From an uncultured Micrococcales bacterium (GTDB lineage: Bacteria; Actinomycetota; Actinomycetes; S36-B12; UBA10799), in assembly GCA_937952095.1 (NCBI GenBank), contig CALFYG010000089.1, positions 1,114 to 65,113 on the forward strand: 64,000 bases of DNA, written 5' to 3'. Position 1 is the stretch's first letter. Each line of letters begins with the position of its first letter. The notes under the pieces were generated by a model. That model searched no databases. It was not told where the DNA came from and saw nothing but the letters and a program-made list of their open reading frames with translations. Shown in pieces: positions 61,832 to 64,000 of this stretch. A program made the position numbers and the translations under genes.

Positions 61832-62761
61832 ATGGACGTCTACGTGCCCGGTCGGGCGATGCGCAATCCCCACCTGCAGACCACACGCAGTCGGCTGCTG
61901 CCCCTTCGTGTCCATCTGCCCGAGCCGGAACTCGTCCTGGTGGATATGCCGGACGGCTCCGGAGACCGCCTTGCCGTGCTGCTGCACGAGGGGGATCCGG
62001 ACAAGCCGCTGGTGCTGGTGGTGCACGGTCTGGGCGGAAGCGCGGAGTCCGACTACGTCCGCTACGTGACCGCCGGCCTGCTCGACGCCGGTTTCCCGGT
62101 GGGGCGGATCGATCTGCGCGGAGCCGGCACCGGCGAGTACGCCGTCGGGATGTACCACGGCGGCAAGACCGAGGACGTGCGAGCGGTCATCGAGCACTTC
62201 GACCGCCCGGTGGCCCTGGTCGGCTTCTCCTTGGGCGGGAACCTGAGTATCAAACTCCTGGGCGAACACCCGGATGCTGTCGTGGCCGGCGTGGCGGTCT
62301 CGGCTCCACTCGACCTCGCGGTCAGCGTCGAGCACCTGCACCACATGGCCGGGGGACTCTACGAGCGCTTCTTGGTGCACCGCCTGCGCAAGGAGGCATT
62401 GCGGGCAGGCGCGCGCTACACCCCCGAGGAACGCGCGGGCATCATCGCCGCCAAGGGCCTCGTGGAGTTCGACAACGCGCTGACCGCACCGCGCCACGGG
62501 TGGCGCGACGCCGCCGAGTACTACGCGGTCAATTCCAGCATCGGGTACCTGGACAAGGTCGAGGTCCCGCTGCTGCTCGTGCACTCCAGGGACGACCCGA
62601 TGGTGCCCTTCGGCCCGTACCTGTCGGTGGACTGGGATGCGCTGCCCACCACTGAACTGGTGCTCACCGACCACGGCGGGCACGTGGGGTTCCACAGCCG
62701 TGGGCGAGCGCCCTACTACGTCGGCTTGGCCGTCGACTTCCTGCGGAAGGTCGAGGGCTAG
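61832..62761 (+). CDS. alpha/beta hydrolase (YheT-like)
   Basis: PLVLVVHGLGGSAESDYVR...DLRGAG...VALVGFSLGGNL...SRDDPMVP. Start could be 61832 or nearby. Confidence 0.78.
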   Translation: MDVYVPGRAMRNPHLQTTRSRLLPLRVHLPEPELVLVDMPDGSGDRLAVLLHEGDPDKPLVLVVHGLGGSAESDYVRYVTAGLLDAGFPVGRIDLRGAGTGEYAVGMYHGGKTEDVRAVIEHFDRPVALVGFSLGGNLSIKLLGEHPDAVVAGVAVSAPLDLAVSVEHLHHMAGGLYERFLVHRLRKEALRAGARYTPEERAGIIAAKGLVEFDNALTAPRHGWRDAAEYYAVNSSIGYLDKVEVPLLLVHSRDDPMVPFGPYLSVDWDALPTTELVLTDHGGHVGFHSRGRAPYYVGLAVDFLRKVEG

Positions 62762-63330
62762 CGCGTCTCGAGGTCGAGCCGGATGTGGGAGATCATGGAC
62801 CGCAGGGCGGTGTGGGCGTTGAGCAGGTCCTCGCCCCAGCTCGACAGGTAGGCGTATTGCCACCACCACAGGGCCTCGATCGGCCGCCCGGCGGCGTAGT
62901 GGCCGAAACCGTGGTTGAGGTCGGTGACGATGCTGGACAGGTCGTCGGACAGCGACGACTCCACGATCTCCGGCGCCGGGAAGTACGGGTCGTCGATGGT
63001 GTTGTACCTGTCGGCGTGGCTGAAGACTTCGGCAAGGCGCAGCCGCAGGTCGTCGACCTCGGGTTCTCCGCCTGTGTCCGGCTCGTAGCGGCCCTCCGGG
63101 ACGACGTCGGTGAGCGCGCCGAGCCGTGCCCCGTGCGCGGCCAGCTGCGAGGTGTGGATGAGCAGCAGTGCGATGGCACTGTCGCCGAGGCCGCCGGCGG
63201 CGACCCGTTCGACGGCGATGACGAACTCCTGCACCGCTACTGCCATCTCGTCGGCGAGATCCAGAGCCGTCGAGTCCACCGGGGTGGGGGCAGCCGTCAC
63301 CGACACCTCGTCACCTGGCAAGTCACGCAT
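62758..63330 (-). CDS. DUF5063 domain protein (usual recR neighbour in actinobacteria)
   Basis: ...[12 protein letters not shown]...[18 protein letters not shown]...[34 protein letters not shown]. Confidence 0.75.
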   Translation of the reverse strand: MRDLPGDEVSVTAAPTPVDSTALDLADEMAVAVQEFVIAVERVAAGGLGDSAIALLLIHTSQLAAHGARLGALTDVVPEGRYEPDTGGEPEVDDLRLRLAEVFSHADRYNTIDDPYFPAPEIVESSLSDDLSSIVTDLNHGFGHYAAGRPIEALWWWQYAYLSSWGEDLLNAHTALRSMISHIRLDLETR

Positions 63331-63628
63331 CGATCCTCCTGCGTCCCGCGAACGCCCTTCCGAGCGTCACCTCATCAGCCAACTCCAGGTCACCGCCCAT
63401 CGGCAACCCACTGGCCAAACGTGTCACAGCCACGCCGATCGTGGCCAACTGCCGGCCCAAGTATGCGGCGGTCGCCTCGCCCTCGGTGTTCGGGTCGGTT
63501 GCCAGAATGACCTCCTGCACCGTGCCGTCCGCAAGGCGCCCGAAGAGCTCTCTTATGTGCAACTGGTCCGGGCCGATGCCGCGCATGGGGTCCAGCACGC
63601 CACCGAGCACGTGGTAGCGGCCGCGGAA
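63323..63628 (-). pseudogene. recR: recR 3' portion only (Toprim + C-terminal domain; HhH and C4 zinc finger missing)
   Basis: [32 protein letters not shown]...[22 protein letters not shown]...[24 protein letters not shown]. The in-frame upstream sequence is not RecR-like. Confidence 0.75.
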
Positions 63629-64000
63629 GCCGTGATCGTCGACCAGATCCTGGTAGATGGCCTTGGCATTGCGGCCTTTGCTCAGAGACAACTCAATGAA
63701 GTCGGCATAGGGTTGGCAGGCGCTAGCGGAGGGGCCGCGAGTTGGCGTGGGCACCGAGGCAGAGTCGAGGGACACTTCGTTGGCCGGTTTTGGCGCTCGC
63801 GTGCTGGGAGCGGTGCCGGAGTCGGGGGACACCTCGTTGGCCGGTTTTCGATCCGGTCCCGAGTCGGTGGACACCTCTATGGCCGGATATGCCGCGCGGC
63901 CCCAGCGGCCGGGCTCGCGCACCGCAATCCCGGCCGCCTTCAGGTAGCCGCTCGCGGTCTCGCGCCGGACACCCGTCGCATCCTCGATGCGGCGCAGCGT
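63629..64000 (-). mobile_element. IS21-family-like transposase (IstA) N-terminal fragment, fused in frame to recR; continues beyond window
   Basis: Frame open to nt 64000: [27 protein letters not shown] (HTH-like), KPANEVS(P/L)DS repeats, [32 protein letters not shown] (pattern recalled from IS21 IstA N-termini). Confidence 0.5.

Noticed and set aside
63740-63900. Imperfect tandem DNA repeats (GAGTCG.GGGACAC.TCGTTGGCCGGTTTT) as an independent satellite.
   Set aside because: They lie in frame within the transposase-like ORF and encode the repeated linker KPANEVS(P/L)DS. This is a coding low-complexity region.
1-64000. tRNA, rRNA, tmRNA or RNase P genes.
   Set aside because: A visual scan of intergenic regions found no cloverleaf-like or rRNA-like sequence. 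The intergenic space is small and is explained by promoters, terminators and repeats.

Overview
High-GC (about 70%) actinobacterial chromosomal window, densely coding, with roughly 70 supportable CDS and no rRNA, tRNA or CRISPR seen. All family calls come from motifs recognised by eye in the supplied translations; no HMM or BLAST was run. Many starts were moved inward from the ORF track to ATGA/GTGA-coupled or SD-preceded codons. Layout: cydAB (1-1420); a sigma/glycosyltransferase fusion gene (3229-4998); and a 12-gene operon with zero intergenic nucleotides (5168-16673). That operon encodes a complete ADP-heptose pathway with duplicated HldE, three GT9 and two GT1/4 transferases, an SDR, a STAS protein and an ANTAR-GAF-PAS protein. 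It converges on a membrane PAS-PP2C phosphatase. Next comes a general-stress-type cluster (19.6-27.2 kb: YghA-like SDR, CsbD-like coiled-coil protein, DUF1469/DUF3618, hemerythrin, TopIB). These genes are preceded by a recurring nGnAT-N15-GGGTAC (SigB/SigF-like) promoter motif. Further on are two cation/proton antiporters, an atypical double-module histidine kinase, a DUF222/HNH element, and a LuxR response regulator. A secernin-like peptidase / aminotransferase / kinase-like operon runs into cydDC-ung. The rest is housekeeping and accessory genes (MFS, dtd, metY-metX, VOC paralogs, glpK, GNAT, FIST + GGDEF-EAL, SPFH/NfeD), ending in a truncated recR fused in frame to an IS21-like transposase N-terminus. 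Strongest candidates for something new: (1) the GT-like::sigma fusion together with the cytoplasmic-looking heptose glycosylation operon and its kinase-less partner-switching-like regulators; (2) a Met/Cys-rich leader peptide with alternative hairpins and a rare T-tract terminator upstream of metY-metX; (3) a local SigB/F-type regulon signature; (4) an 84-bp hairpin-bearing tandem repeat family at two convergent gene junctions; (5) the recR::IS21-like chimera.
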